From NCBI RefSeq assembly GCF_963921235.1, contig NC_086097.1, positions 22,694,001 through 22,758,000 of the forward strand: 64,000 nucleotides of DNA. The letters run 5' to 3'. The stretch is from Mobula hypostoma. Lineage: Eukaryota. A model generated the notes under the pieces. That model was not told the origin of the DNA and searched no databases. It was given only the letters and a program-made list of their open reading frames with translations. This document shows positions 38,380-50,930 of the stretch, in pieces (position 1 is the stretch's first letter; each line of letters begins with the position of its first letter). Made by a program: the position numbers and the translations under genes.

Positions 38380-38935
38380 CAGACATCCCACCCTGCAAAA
38401 ACTCATTTCAGGGAGGTAGCACCGTCAACTTGTGGGAGACTCCCGGAACTTCTAGGAGAGGTGGGATGTCTGCTATAGAGTAGCTCCTTAGCAGCTAGCC
38501 AGCTAGTTTAAATAACGTTAGCTATGCTAATGAACGAATAACACCTGCTAAACTCACCTCAACATGTCTTTTACAGCCTTAACCCACCATGGGCAATAGA
38601 AAAGTCACTGTTGCAAACAATGCAGTGAGCAACACTGTCATTATTTTTGACCCCTATTAGGCAGGGGTACACTTTAGTGTAGTCGGGGGTGACGTATTTT
38701 TTATATTTTTTCTTTTTTTGGAACACTCTGCCATGGCGCATTCTCTCTCTCGTGGTTGCTCGCGCGCTCTTGCTTGCTCTCGCTCTTGCTCGTGGTCGCT
38801 CTCGCGCTCTCTCTTGCTTTCTCTTGCTCTCAAAAAAATTGATTTCCGTGATATTGTATATAATTTGCGGGCATCAGGGAGCCACTATTAATATGCGGGA
38901 GACTCTTGGAACTTCCGGGAGAGGTGGGATGTCTG
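38380..38935 (-). mobile_element. Second hAT copy with 6-bp TSD and an internal third TIR
   Basis: TIR CAGACATCCCACC / GGTGGGATGTCTG, TSD TAAATA, BED remnant HCIVCNSDFSIAHGG, extra terminus ending at 38472. Confidence 0.88.
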
Positions 38936-39367
38936 TAAATATATAGCAACAATTAATGAGCATGAAGTAACAAAATAACATCCATCAATATAACAATATA
39001 ACAGTGTCCTGAAATGAGTTCTCAAATGAGTGTAGTTATCCCCTTTAGTTCAAGAGCCTGATGGTTGAGGGATAGTAACTGTTCTTGAACGTGGTGGTGC
39101 AAGTCCTGAGACTCCTGTACCTTCTAATTGATGGCAACAGTGAGAAAAGAGCATGTCCTGGGTGGTGAAGATCTTTGATGATTAATGCTGCTTTTCTACA
39201 GCAGTGTTTCATGTAAATGCGCTCAATAGTTGGGAGGGTTTTACCTGTGATGTACTGGGCTGAATTCATTACCTTTTGTAGCATTTTCCGCTCAAAGGCA
39301 TTGGTGTTCCCATACTAGGTTGTAATGCAGCCAATCAGCACATTTTTCACCACACATCTACAGAAGT

Positions 39368-40177
39368 TGTTTTTCGTTAGTCAATGGAACTAGGTTGGGA
39401 AATTCACTACACAACTCATAATTAATCGAAGCTCACACCTTATTGTCTCTATACTAACAACAACAAAGCTATGTTGATCCTGGGCCAGCAGCTTAGAACA
39501 TGAATTCTCTGTACCAATACTCTGTCAGACCACTTTTCCAATTTATAACACTGAAATAGGAGATCTCCATTGGCCAGATGATCGATCTTTTCTTCGCCCA
39601 GCCCCTGGCACGTGGGTTCTTCCTTGTGATGGTGGGTCTCCTGAGAGAGTTATCGCTGATAGCACACTTGAAGTGTCCGCTTTTATACTTGTTCCTTACC
39701 AATTCAAATATTGCGTTCCAGTGTCATTGGTTGTAGGCCATCTAATTGACCTTTAACACCTCTTTATTGGCTCTGCTCCAGGCCAGCATCCATTTATTGC
39801 CCTCTTCCCAGCAAGTGACAATCAGTCATTTATTGCACTTTGTTCTCTTCAGTAACCAACTTGAATCACTCCAGGCAGACACCAATCCCAACATTCACAA
39901 ACCTGCATGTTATATTATATCAAAATAACATCTCACAAATAACTTCTTATTCGGAAATGATCTCCAGTTCAGCAGATTACCTGAGACATCATTGTGTCTA
40001 CTTTAAAACACAGTAAGCAAAGCAACTTCATCTCACAAAATGGAGGATGTAAGACAGTTCCACAAAATGGTAGCCTCCATCTCCAAACGCATGGCAGGGT
40101 CAAAGACAATTGATCTGTCTGCTTCCATTATCCTTCACCCATTCGAGTTCAATGTTTTAAATCCACCATGGCCAACA
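39368..40177 (-). mobile_element. Solo LTR (810 bp), family D
   Basis: TGTT...AACA termini, 4-bp TSD AAGT, minus-strand CCAAT boxes and TATAAAA near 39681-39687; Rex1 resumes on both sides. Confidence 0.75.
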
Positions 40178-42294
40178 AAGTTGACCAAGGTTTTTCATGA
40201 CATGCCAAACCTCAGCAGACTCCTGAGGAAGTAGTGGCACCACTGTGCTATCTTTGCAATAATATTTATATGATGGGTCCAGGACAGGTCCTCTGAGATA
40301 GGGACCCCCAGGAATTTAAAGATAGTTACTGGCTCATGGACCTCTGGTTTCTCTCTCCTGAAGTCTACAATCAGCTCCTTGATCTTATTCACACTGAGTG
40401 AGAGGCTGTTGTTATTGCACCACTCAACCGAGTTTTCAAACTCCCTCCTGTATGCTGATTCATCACCTCCTTTGATACAGGGCACAACAGTTTCATCAGC
40501 AACTCATATATGTTGTACTCAGCCACATAGTCATGGTTGAAAAGCGAGTAGAGCAGGGGACTGAGTACACATCCCTGTGGTGCTCCTGTGCTAATGGAGA
40601 TTGTGGAGATGTTTTTGCCATTCCAAACTGACTGGGGTCTACAAGTGAGGAAATCCAGGACCCAATTACACATGGAGTTATTGAGTCCCAGGTCTTGGAG
40701 TTTACTGATTAGTTTTGAGGGGATGATGGTATTAACTGCTGAGCTGTACTCGTTAAAGAGCATCCTGATGTATGCATCTTTGCTGTCCAGATGTTCCAGG
40801 GCTGTATGAAGAGCCACCAAGATGGCATCTGCTGTAGACCTGTTGCTTCAGTAGGTGAATTGGAGCGGATCCAAGCCACCATTCAGACAGAAGCTGATAT
40901 GCTTCAACACCAGCCTCTCAAAACACTTCATTACTGTGGATGTAAATGGCACTGGGTGACAGTCATTTAAACAGGTTACCACACTCTTCCAGTACGACTG
41001 AAACCTGCTTGAAGCAGGTGGGTCTCACACACTGCCGGAGCGAGAGGCTGAAGATGTCTGTGAATACACCAGCCAGTTCATTAGCATACGTCTTCAATAC
41101 TTGGCTAGGTACTCTGACCAGACTGGATGCTTTCCTTGGATTCATTCTCTTGAAGACAGCCCGCACATCATCTTCAGATATAGTAGGATCATCAGGAGAC
41201 ATTGGGTTTCGTGATGATTCTTTCCTGACTGGTGGTCAAAGTGAGCATGGAAGGCCTTGAGCGCATCCAAAAGCGAAGTTCTGCTGTTCCCTATATCACA
41301 AGCTTCAGCTTTGTAGGAGGTTATGGCATTCAAACCCTGCCACAGGCTGTCGAGCATCCCTCATTGATTCCAGTCCAGTCAGGAATCTCTGCTTTGCCCA
41401 AGCAATGGCTTTCCAGAGACCATACCTGCTCCTCTTGTAGCATTCTTGACTTGAATGCCTCCGAACTCGCTCTCAGCAAGTTCCAGGTTTCCTTGTTCCT
41501 CCAGGGCTTCTGATAGTGGTAAACCCTGAATGATTTTGTGGGGTCAGACTCATCCACAGCTGTTTGAATAAAGTCTGTAAACTCCCTGGTGTAGTCACTC
41601 AGGTCCTCAGATGAGTTCTTGAATATGTCCCAGTGCAGTGACTCAGGGCAATTCCTCAGCCTCATATGACCACTTCTCAGTTGTCTTGATCTCTGGAGCC
41701 TTGAACAAAACAAGAGCAGAACAAAAGAAGGCAACAACAATAAAAACAAGCCCCTTTCCCACCCACTCACACACACAGACAGGAGAGGCTGCCTCCGGGC
41801 CTCCAGTTCTAGGCCCAGACTCTCAGAGACTGGGCCTCCAACCTCCAGTCCCTGGCCTGGACTCACAGACTTGACCCTCAGGCCTCAGGCTGTTCCAGTA
41901 TAGATGAAAAATGTCATTTGTAGTTATTGTAAAAACTAGAAAGCAAGATACTGTGGTGGCTCAAAATGTAGGAGAAAACAGAAAAAGCAGGTGTGAATAA
42001 TTAAAGCATGAATAAAAGAGAAAAATTATTATTCCATATGAGATAAAACTAGCCAGAAATATAAAACTCAATGGTAAGAGTTTCTGTAGATATTGAAAAA
42101 TAAATAAATAATAATAAGTTATATATCTCAGGTCTCACACCACCATGTTCAGGAGCAGTTATCATCCTTCACCATCAGGCTCCTGAACCAACATGGATAA
42201 CTTCACTCACAACAACTCTGAATTGATTCCACTACCTCTTTCAGGGACACTACAACTCATCTTCTCAGTATTTTTTTATTTACTTAATTTTTTA

Positions 42295-42915
42295 AGACTA
42301 TAAGATCATAAAATATCAGAACGGCTTTAGGCCATTCTGCCGATTGAATATACTCTGCTAGTCCATCGCACTGATTCATTATCCATCTCCACCCATTCTC
42401 CTGCCTTCTTCCCATAAGCATTGACTTTCTTACTAATCAATAAACCACTTTAAATATACCCAATGACTTTACCTCCACAGCTGTCTGTGATAATAAATTC
42501 CCCATATTCTCCACTCTCTTGCTAAAGAAATTCCTCCTCATCTCTCTCCTAAAGGGACATCCTTCTATTCTGAGGATGTGCCCTCTAGTCCTAGTCTTCC
42601 CCAATGATGCTCTCCACAAACATGAGAAAATCTGCAGATGCTGGAAAGCCGTATCAACATGCACAGAAAATGCTGGTGGAACTCAGCAGGCCAGGCAGCA
42701 TCTATAGAAAAGAATAAACAGTCAGCGTTCCGGGATAAACCTTTCATCAGGATTTGATGAAGGGTCTCAGCTTGAAACGTCAACTTTTCCATAGATGCTG
42801 CCTGGCCTGTTAAGATCCTCTCTGCATCCTCTTCACCTGTGTCTTTCACTGTTTGATAGGTTTTAATGAGATTCCACCCCCCATTCTTCAAAACTCCGGC
42901 GAATTCAGGCCCAAA
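42295..42915 (-). mobile_element. CR1 3' fragment containing a third palindromic PLE insertion (about 42618-42810)
   Basis: KTRTRGHILRIEGCPFR remnant; the insert folds back at CATCAGGAT-TTGATGAAGGG. Confidence 0.8.
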
Positions 42916-43142
42916 TAATAAAAATAATAATAAACAATAATTCATTATTATTAATTGTTTTTGTATTTGCACAATTTGTCTTCTTTAGCACATTGGTTGT
43001 TTGTCAGTCTTTGTGTGTAGTTTTTCATTGATTCTATTGTGTTTCTTTGTTCTACTGTGAATGCCTACAATAAAATGAATCTCCCTGTAGTATATGATGG
43101 CATATACATACCTTGATAATATCGACTGTACTCTTTTCCATG

Positions 43143-44215
43143 ATAATAGACAGTAGGTGCAGAATTTGTCCATTCAGCCCTTCGAGCCAGCACTGCCATT
43201 CATTGTGATCATGGCTGATCATCCACAATCAGAACCCTTTTCCTGCCTTCTCCCCATATCCATTGACTCCACTATCTTTAAGAGCTCTATCTAACTCTTT
43301 CTTGAAAGAATTCAGAGAATTGGCCTCCACAGTCTTCTGAGGCAGAGCATTCCACAGAACCACAACCCTTTGTGTGAAAAAGTTTTTCCTCAACTGCGTT
43401 CTAAATCGTCTACCCCTTTATTCTTAAACTGTGGCCTCTGGTTCTGGACTCCCCCAACATCGGGAACATGTTTCCTGCCTCTAGCGTGTCCAATCCCTTA
43501 ATAATCTTATATGTTTCAATCAGATCCCCTCTCATCCTTCTAAATTCGAGTGTATACAAGCCCAGTCGCTCCAATCTTTCAACATATGACAGTCCCGCCA
43601 TCCCGGGAATTAACCTTGTGAACCTACACTGCACTCCCTCAATAGCTAGAATGTCCTTCCTCAAATTTGGAGACCAAATCTGTACACAATACTTAAGGTG
43701 TGGTCTCACCAGGGCCCTGTACAACTGCAGAAGGACCTCTTTGCTCCTATACTCGATATAGGAATATAGATACCCTAGCAGGGATGACAGTGGAACAACA
43801 ATGGCAGGTATTTCTGGGAATAATACAGAGGGTGCAGGATCAGTTCATTCCAAAGAGGAAGAAAGAGTCTAAGGGGAGTAGGGGGCAAGTAAGAAGACTA
43901 AGTCACGCTGCAAAATGTCTCTCCTCTTCTTCCTGACGTCGTTTGTGTCGACATGCACCACCACCTCCGGCTGATCACCTTCTCCCTTGAGGATGCCCTG
44001 CAATTGGTCCCGGATCCTGGCACCAGGGAGGCAATGCACCATCCTTATATCCCGCCTGTTGCCGCAGAAACCCCTATCTGTACCTCTCAGTATGGAATCC
44101 CCTACTACCATGGCTCTGCCTGACTTCTGTCTCCTCAGCTTTGTTTCAACGCCAGTTTTTGACTCGCAGACCCATCCGCCTCTCAGACTGGCACTGTCTT
44201 CTGTCCCAACATAGA
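43143..44215 (-). mobile_element. Rearranged CR1: ORF1 esterase fragment, inverted ORF2 piece and 3' end
   Basis: 43890-44210(-) AMVVGDSILRG...CLPGARIRD...VVHVDTND (SGNH esterase of CR1 ORF1); 43757-43890(+) VEQQWQVFLGIIQRVQDQFIPK; 43410-43724(-) RT C-terminus. Confidence 0.88.
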
Positions 44216-44329
44216 TATACATCCTATGATGCTGTCTAGCCTCCAGCATTCTGAGTGTGGTACTTTGATAATGTGTTTACTTTGAACTTTGAAAACAAAA
44301 TGTATTAATTTAAAAGAAGACTACTGGTC

Positions 44330-45005
44330 CATTATAAAATGGTTCATCAAAGAAATCAAGGAGATGGCATATGAAGTAAGTCTTCACTGATAAAATATCC
44401 CTGTATCGGGAATAGGAAAGGAGTCAAGAAAATTACCATCATCAGGGATGTTGTACAGGACAGTTGCTGGGTCTAGCGGCTTGTGCTCCATTCTCATAAA
44501 TGATTTCATGCCCCTTTTATTCCTCATTTCCACCCAAACTTTGATGTCCCTGTGAATTTTCTACTAATGTGCTCAAAGAAGTGGCTTAATGATATAGTGC
44601 ATGTGTTATTTTTAACTTTCTTAAAAAAGGGGGAAGATTCCATTAGAGCACAACCCTTGTCAAGGTAATCAGGCAAAATCAACATGGCTGTGTGAAAGGG
44701 AAGTCATGTTTGACTAATTTATTGCAGTTCTTTGAAGATGTGACACGCTATGGGTAAAGAGGAACCAGTGAATGTATTAAGATTTCCAGAAGGCATTTGA
44801 TGAGATGTTACATCAAATAATATTCTGAAAAATGACCTACACAGTATGTGTAGGTAACCTGTCAGTGAGTTTAAAAAATTGGCTGGTTAATAGGAAACGC
44901 AACGAGCTTGGATGATTCCTTTTCTGGTCAGAAAATGTAACGAGAAATGTAACAAGTATTGGCACTTCACTTCAGTTCAGAAGTGTCAATATTCTTACAT
45001 TTTAT
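44330..45005 (+). mobile_element. Old degraded CR1 ORF2 fragment
   Basis: QNQHGCVKGKSCLTNLLQFFE and DFQKAFD remnants near 44670-44800. Confidence 0.7.
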
Positions 45006-45008
45006 ATA

Positions 45009-45340
45009 CAGTGAATTTTGGTTAACTGGTTCACATTGAGATGAGTACATTTTAGCCCAATCAGCTGAAGTTTCATGGAAATGGTTAAAAATGTATAAAA
45101 AGACTTAAACTGAGCAATAAATTATGTATTTAGATGAAATATAGAACAAATTAGAACACTACCAGTAGTAATACAGCACGATAAAACTGTGTTTTAGTTC
45201 TTAATAGTTATTGACAGAAGAATTCATCCGGTGTACCCAATGAACAAAATCAGTGCAGACACCTAGTGCAGATAATGGATGCCTTCATACAGTGCTGTTG
45301 ATGATTGCATTCTCCAAGTATTCATTTTTATTGCAAAGAT
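45009..45340. mobile_element. Tigger/pogo-like DNA transposon fragment
   Basis: TA followed by a CAGTGAATTTTGGTTAACTGG terminus; second TIR not found. Confidence 0.4.
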
Positions 45341-45457
45341 ATTGGGACGGCGAAGGGGTGGGTTTATTTAGCCATTTGATTACTAATTGGTTCAGCACAG
45401 CATTGTGGGCTGAAGGGCCTGTTCCTTTGCTGTACTATTCTATGTTCTATATTAATA

Positions 45458-45930
45458 GCATCTCATATTTCATTTGGGTAGTCCAAACCCAATGGCATGA
45501 AAATTGAATCCTCCAATTTCTGGTATTCTGCACCCCCTTTGTCCCGTTTCTCTTTCCTCTTGATTTACCTCTTCCCATTCTTTGACACTCATCCAAGCCC
45601 CTCCCCATCACCCTATTTCTTTCACCTCCTCCACCTACTCTGTCTGCCCATCCTTCCACTAATTCCCTTCCCCACACTGTTCCCAGCTGCCCTCCTCAAT
45701 CCTGACACTTGAAACCACGCTGTGCTCTCTCCCTGGCCTGGTCTTGCTCCATTCTTCCCTTCAGTTCTTTATACTCTTTATCGCCCTGCTACCATTCAGT
45801 CCAGCTGAAGGGTCTCGACCTGAAAAAGACTAGCGTCCATTTCTCTCCACAGATACTGCCTGACCCACGGAATTCCTCCAGCATCTTGCTTGTTCCTCAA
45901 GAATCCAACGTCTACAGTTTCCTATGTCTC
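45458..45930 (+). mobile_element. Neptune-like PLE 3' fragment
   Basis: HLIFHLGS..PNGMKIESSNF C-terminal remnant, pyrimidine-rich UTR, decayed hammerhead near 45797-45835. Confidence 0.72.
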
Positions 45931-47357
45931 TAAAAACAAGAGGTTGCCATTTAAAGCATAATTGAGGTGAAATTCTTTCTCGTAGCGATTTTAGAAACTA
46001 TCTCCCTTAAAGGCAGTGGAGCCAGAGGCTTCGAATAAGGGAGAGCGCATGAGGTTCAGCAGGAATCCGTAGTTACAATCAGATCATCTAGGATCTAATT
46101 AAATAGTGGAGAAGGCTTGAGGGGTAGTGTGACCCGTTTCTGCTCCTAATCTGTATATTTGAATAATCGTCAGGTCTGTGCTCCATTACCTATCCACAAT
46201 TCTATTCCTTATGTTAATCATTCCTTTACAATATTTGACATTAGTTTTAAATTCTCCTATTCTCCATTTTTAGTATATTACATATATTGTGTTTTGTCAC
46301 ACAGATTTATTTTTGCTTTACCATTTTATTACCAGTAAAAGTAAAACATTACCTCGTTTGAGGACTGGAAAGTTTCACCACGTCAGTGCTTAGAATTCAT
46401 AAAGTCATGGGCACTACAGCACAGAAACAGGCCCTTCAGCTCATCTAGTCCATGTCAAACTATTATTCTGCCTTGCCCCATCGACCTGCGCCTGGACCAA
46501 AGCACCCCATATCCCTCCCATCCATGTACCTAACTTCTCTTAGAAATTGAAATCGAACCCACGTCTACCACTTCTGCTGGCAGTTCGTCCCACGCTCTCA
46601 CCACTGCCAGAGTGAACCATGGTGCTCTTCATCAGTGGTTTATTCCTCTCCATAGGTGCTGCCTGAACTGCTGAGTTCCTCCAGCTCTCATCAATCTACT
46701 GAAGCAAGAGGTTGGATGCTCTTTATACCTGGCTTTCAGCTTTACACCTGCCATAGCTGGTACACCCGAGTGCTGCCTCATTGATAAGAACGTTAACAGA
46801 AGAAGCAGGAGTAGGCCTTTCGGCCTTTGTACCTGTGCTGCCCCTCAAGAAGATCATCACTGATCTTTTAATTCAGTTCCATTATTTATATCATTTTACC
46901 TATATATATATATATATATAGGTGTAAACAGGATTCTGTAATGAAAAGCTACAAGATCTGATGCATTTTCCTTTCACATTCCTGACCTGTTGCCATGGGA
47001 TTTGATTTCAGCGCAACTCATCCTGCATCGTCTGAATGCTCCTATTTTTGTCTCAGAGTGGATATAATTCCTCCTGAATCACACTGATTTACTAACTGAT
47101 GATGTAGTAATTGATTTTAAAGCTCTTTGCCTGTGATAACTTGTTGGGAAAAATCACATTGCGTTCTGCATTTAATTAAACTGGTTGACAAATAAAGTCG
47201 CTGTTTATGTGAAAACTCCCATTGCTAAAAACATTCTGTCAGAGGCGTATGGTAGCTTTTTAGAATAATTATCTGTTACATAATAATTTGATAAAATTGA
47301 GTGATTGATTTATGAATGTTGTCGTTAGTTTGGATTGCTTTCTGTATTGATAATAGA

Positions 47358-48009
47358 AGAAGAAGAAGGAGATTCCTATTTGCAGGCTGAGAATAAATGG
47401 GGAAGACATAAAACAAGTACAGAATTTTTGCTACTTAGGAAGCTGGGTGACATTAGATGACAGGTGTGACTTGGACTTCAAAAGAAGAATAGGGATGGCA
47501 AAAGACACCTTTACGAGAAGGAAGAATATACTGACCAACACTAAACTAAGCATGACAACATGCCTCAGAGTACTGAAATGTGACATTTTTCCAGTTATGT
47601 TATATGGTTCAGAATGTTGGACAATATCTAGTAACATGAGGAAACGAATTGAAGCAGCAGAGATGTGGTTTTTGAGGAGGATGCAAAGAATATCATGGAC
47701 GAAACGAATATCTAACGAGGATGTCATGAACAGAGTAAGCACAAAAAGAGAAATAATGTATAAGATCATGAAAAGGCAATGTAACTTCATTGGACATGTG
47801 GTTAGAAAAGAGGAGTTAGAATGCACGGTAATTATGGGAAAGATTGAAGGGAAGAGAGCAAGAGGAAGACAAAGACAAATGATGATGGAGATGGCAGCCA
47901 GAGAACTGGAGATGAATACCAATGAATTGATCCACTTGACCCGAAAGAGGAGTGTGTGGGCCATGGCAGCCAAAGCTCAAACTGGGCATGGCACCTGATG
48001 ATGATAATG
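47358..48009 (+). mobile_element. RTE LINE family 1, 3' fragment
   Basis: ORF 47447-47998 (MLYGSECWT...FIGHVVRK...GKIEGKRARGRQR), (GAT)n tail, flanking repeat ATTGATAAT.GA. Confidence 0.92.
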
Positions 48010-48297
48010 ATTGATAATCGATTTTAGGAAGACCATAAGGCATAGGAGCAGAATTAAGTTATTTGGCCCATCAAGTCACCTTCTCCATTCCATCATGGCT
48101 GATTTATCACGCCTCTCAACCCTATTCTCCTGCCTTTTCCCCATAACATGTAAAAAGGTCAAGGCTTCCAATTAACTTGCACAATTAACTCTGAAAATTA
48201 CACCTGGTGCATTCCATTTAGGGCTTAGAAGCCCCAAGTTCGTCAGATTTCTGTGTCCTTGATTTAACTTGGCGTGTGTCTCAAAAGTTTAGAAGAT

Positions 48298-48847
48298 TTT
48301 GAGGCCGAATCTGAAGTATTGTGTTCAGTTTTGGTCACCAAATTACAGGAAGGATATAAATAAGGTTGAAAGGGTGCAGAGAAGGTTTACAAGGATGTTG
48401 CCAGGACTTGAGAAACTCAGTTACAGAGAAAGGTTGAATAGGTTAGGACTTTATTCCCTGGAGCGTAGAAGAATGAGGGGAGATTTGATAGAGGTATATA
48501 AAATTATGATGGGTATAGATAGAGTGAATGCAAGCAGGCTTTTTCCACTGAGGCAAGGGGAGAAAAAAAACATGGGTTAAGGGTGAGGGGGGAAAAGTTT
48601 AAAGGGAACATTAGGGAGGGCTTCTTCACACAGAGAGTGGTGGGAGTATGGAATGAGCTGCCAGACGAGGTGGTAAATGCGGGTTCTTTTTTAACATTTA
48701 AGAATAAATTGGACAGATACATGAATGGGAGGTGTGTGGAGGGATATGGTCCTTGTGCAGGTCAGTGGGACTAGGCAGAAAATGGTTCGGCACAGCCAAG
48801 AAGGGCCAAAAGGCCTGTTTCTGTGCTGTAGTTTCTATGGTTTCTAT
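48298..48847 (+). mobile_element. CR1 3' fragment (others near 46395-46615(-), 49460-49800(-), 51175-51640(+), 56840-57375(-))
   Basis: ORFs 48299-48580 and 48583-48774 match the CR1 ORF2 C-terminus. Confidence 0.92.
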
Positions 48848-49048
48848 ATTATCCCATATTTGGTGGTAGTGTTGCTGAAAAACTTAAGGTAGTGCTCAGC
48901 ATCCCCACATCTCCTGCAGCAGTGCTGGGTTCACAGTTTATGATCACTGTCTTATATGACGTGAATTCTATTATCTGAAGCTGAAGTGCAAAGATAAAAT
49001 AAAACACTATAAAAGTTAATATTTTTAGTATTTTTATTTTCTCTTAAG

Positions 49049-49095
49049 CTCATCGTTGTCTGATGCAGAAAGCTGTAACAGAAATGAAGAAGACT
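49049..49095 (+). CDS. Candidate 47-nt internal exon of an unidentified host gene
   Basis: Apparently unique sequence with a TTTTTATTTTCTCTTAAG acceptor and ACT|GTAAGC donor; two open frames (HRCLMQKAVTEMKKT or SSLSDAESCNRNEED). Protein not recognised. Confidence 0.35.
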
Positions 49096-50090
49096 GTAAG
49101 CTGACCTTTCAGTGGGAGAATAAGAACAGATTGTGTATGGAAAAATTAAACTTCTATAGATGCACAGTGGAGAGTATCCTAACTGATTGCATCAATGCCT
49201 GGAATGGTGTGAAAACACCAATATCCAGAAATAGAAAAGTCTACAGAAAGTTAATATCATTATGTAGGAGGTACAGGAGCCTTAAGTCCCACACTACTAA
49301 ATTCAGGATCAGTTATTACTTTGCAATCATTAAGCTCCTGAACCAGGGTCAATAACGTCACTCACCTCAGCTCCAAACTGATTCCATAATCTACGGACTC
49401 ACTTACAATTACTCATTTACTCAGTACTATTTAATCTGCGTGTATGAATATATATTCCTCTAGTCTGTGCCAAACTATTAATCTGCCCAGTCCTACCAAC
49501 CTGCATCCGGACCATAGCCCTCCATACCTCTCCAAGCAATGTACGTAACCAAATTGAACCTGCATTCCACCATTTCTGCTGGCAGCTTGTTCCACACTTT
49601 CACAACCCTCTGAGTGAAGAAGTTGGCCCTCAATTTCCCCTTAAACATTTCACCTTTCACCCTGAACCCACTCTAGTTCTAGTCTCACCCAACCCCTGGA
49701 AGAAGCTTGCTTGCGTTTACCCTGTCTGTACCCCTCATAATTTTGAATACCTCTATCAAATCTCCCCTTATTCTTCTGTGCTCTAAGGAATAAAGTCTGA
49801 AAATTACAAATTGGTGATGCTGTGAGCACAAGTCCTGTAATTTCTAGGCATAGATTTAGTTATACACCATTAAACAAATAGATTTATTTATATACCACTG
49901 AGCTCATTGCAGTACTTGCGTCAGTTCGTATTGCTTTCTGCACCCGTACAGTTCAACGTGGAAGCCCTAATTTATTCAACCTTCCCTGATAACTGGGTCC
50001 TCAAGTTCCACCTGCATCCTTGTAGATATTCTTTGTATTCTTACGATCTTATTGAAATCTTTCCTTTAGTTAGGAGATCAGAACTTTCTA

Positions 50091-50141
<51 letters not shown>

Positions 50142-50177
50142 TACACACACACTCACAGATATTACATATGTAATATT

Positions 50178-50930
50178 GTGAGGAACAACAGACAGCTGAC
50201 AAAGAAGACCAAGTCTCATGTGTACCTGGCGTGTGTACACACTCCTCTATGCCAGCAAGGCTTGGACACCATACATCAGCGGAGAGAAAAGGCTAAACTC
50301 ATTCCACCTCTGTTGCCTCAGATGCATCTTGCACATCTCCTGGCAGGACAGAATTCCAAACAGAGGTTGTGCTGCGGGCTGACACCTCCAACATCCACGC
50401 CCTACTCAGCCAAAGATGTTTCGGATGGTTGGGCCATGTCAGACGGATGGACCAGGGATGCATTCCCAAGGACACACTGCACGGCGAGCTGAGTGAGGGT
50501 CGCTGCCCACGAGAAAGACCATGCCTGTGCTGCATGAGGTCATGGTCGCTGCCCACGAGAAAGACCATGCCTCTGCTGCGAGGATGTCTGCAAATGCGAC
50601 ATGAAGCTGGCAGTTTCGACCTCACCACATGGGAGGGAACAGTTGAAGACTGGACAGCATGGACCGCCACAGTCAAGAGCGGTGTACAACGTGCTGAGGT
50701 AGCAAGGACCAACATGCTCACCAACAAGAGAGCCAAAAGAAAAACCAGAGCTGCATCACCCGGACCATCTTCTTCCTTCGCCTGCAGCCGCTGTGAGAGA
50801 GACTGTCACTCTAGAGTGGGGCTGTACAGCCACTCCAGAAAGTGCAAATGGCCCCAAATCTACAACCCCAAGAACCATCAGAAAGCTGTCACAACATCGT
50901 CTCTGGAGATGTGCAGATGCCACCGCCGAC
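50178..50930 (+). mobile_element. RTE-clade LINE family 3, 3' fragment with C-terminal C2H2-like finger
   Basis: ORF 50369-50938 reads WLGHVRRMDQGCIPKDTLHGEL...FACSRCERDCHSRVGLYSHSRKC. Confidence 0.88.

Larger units (their letters stand above)
38245..41690 (-). mobile_element. Long degenerate Rex1/Babar LINE with two nested insertions
   Basis: Collinear broken ORFs 41330-41866, 40963-41202, 40389-40820 ([15 protein letters not shown]), 40195-40485 and 39045-39284; tail near 38245. Confidence 0.9.
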
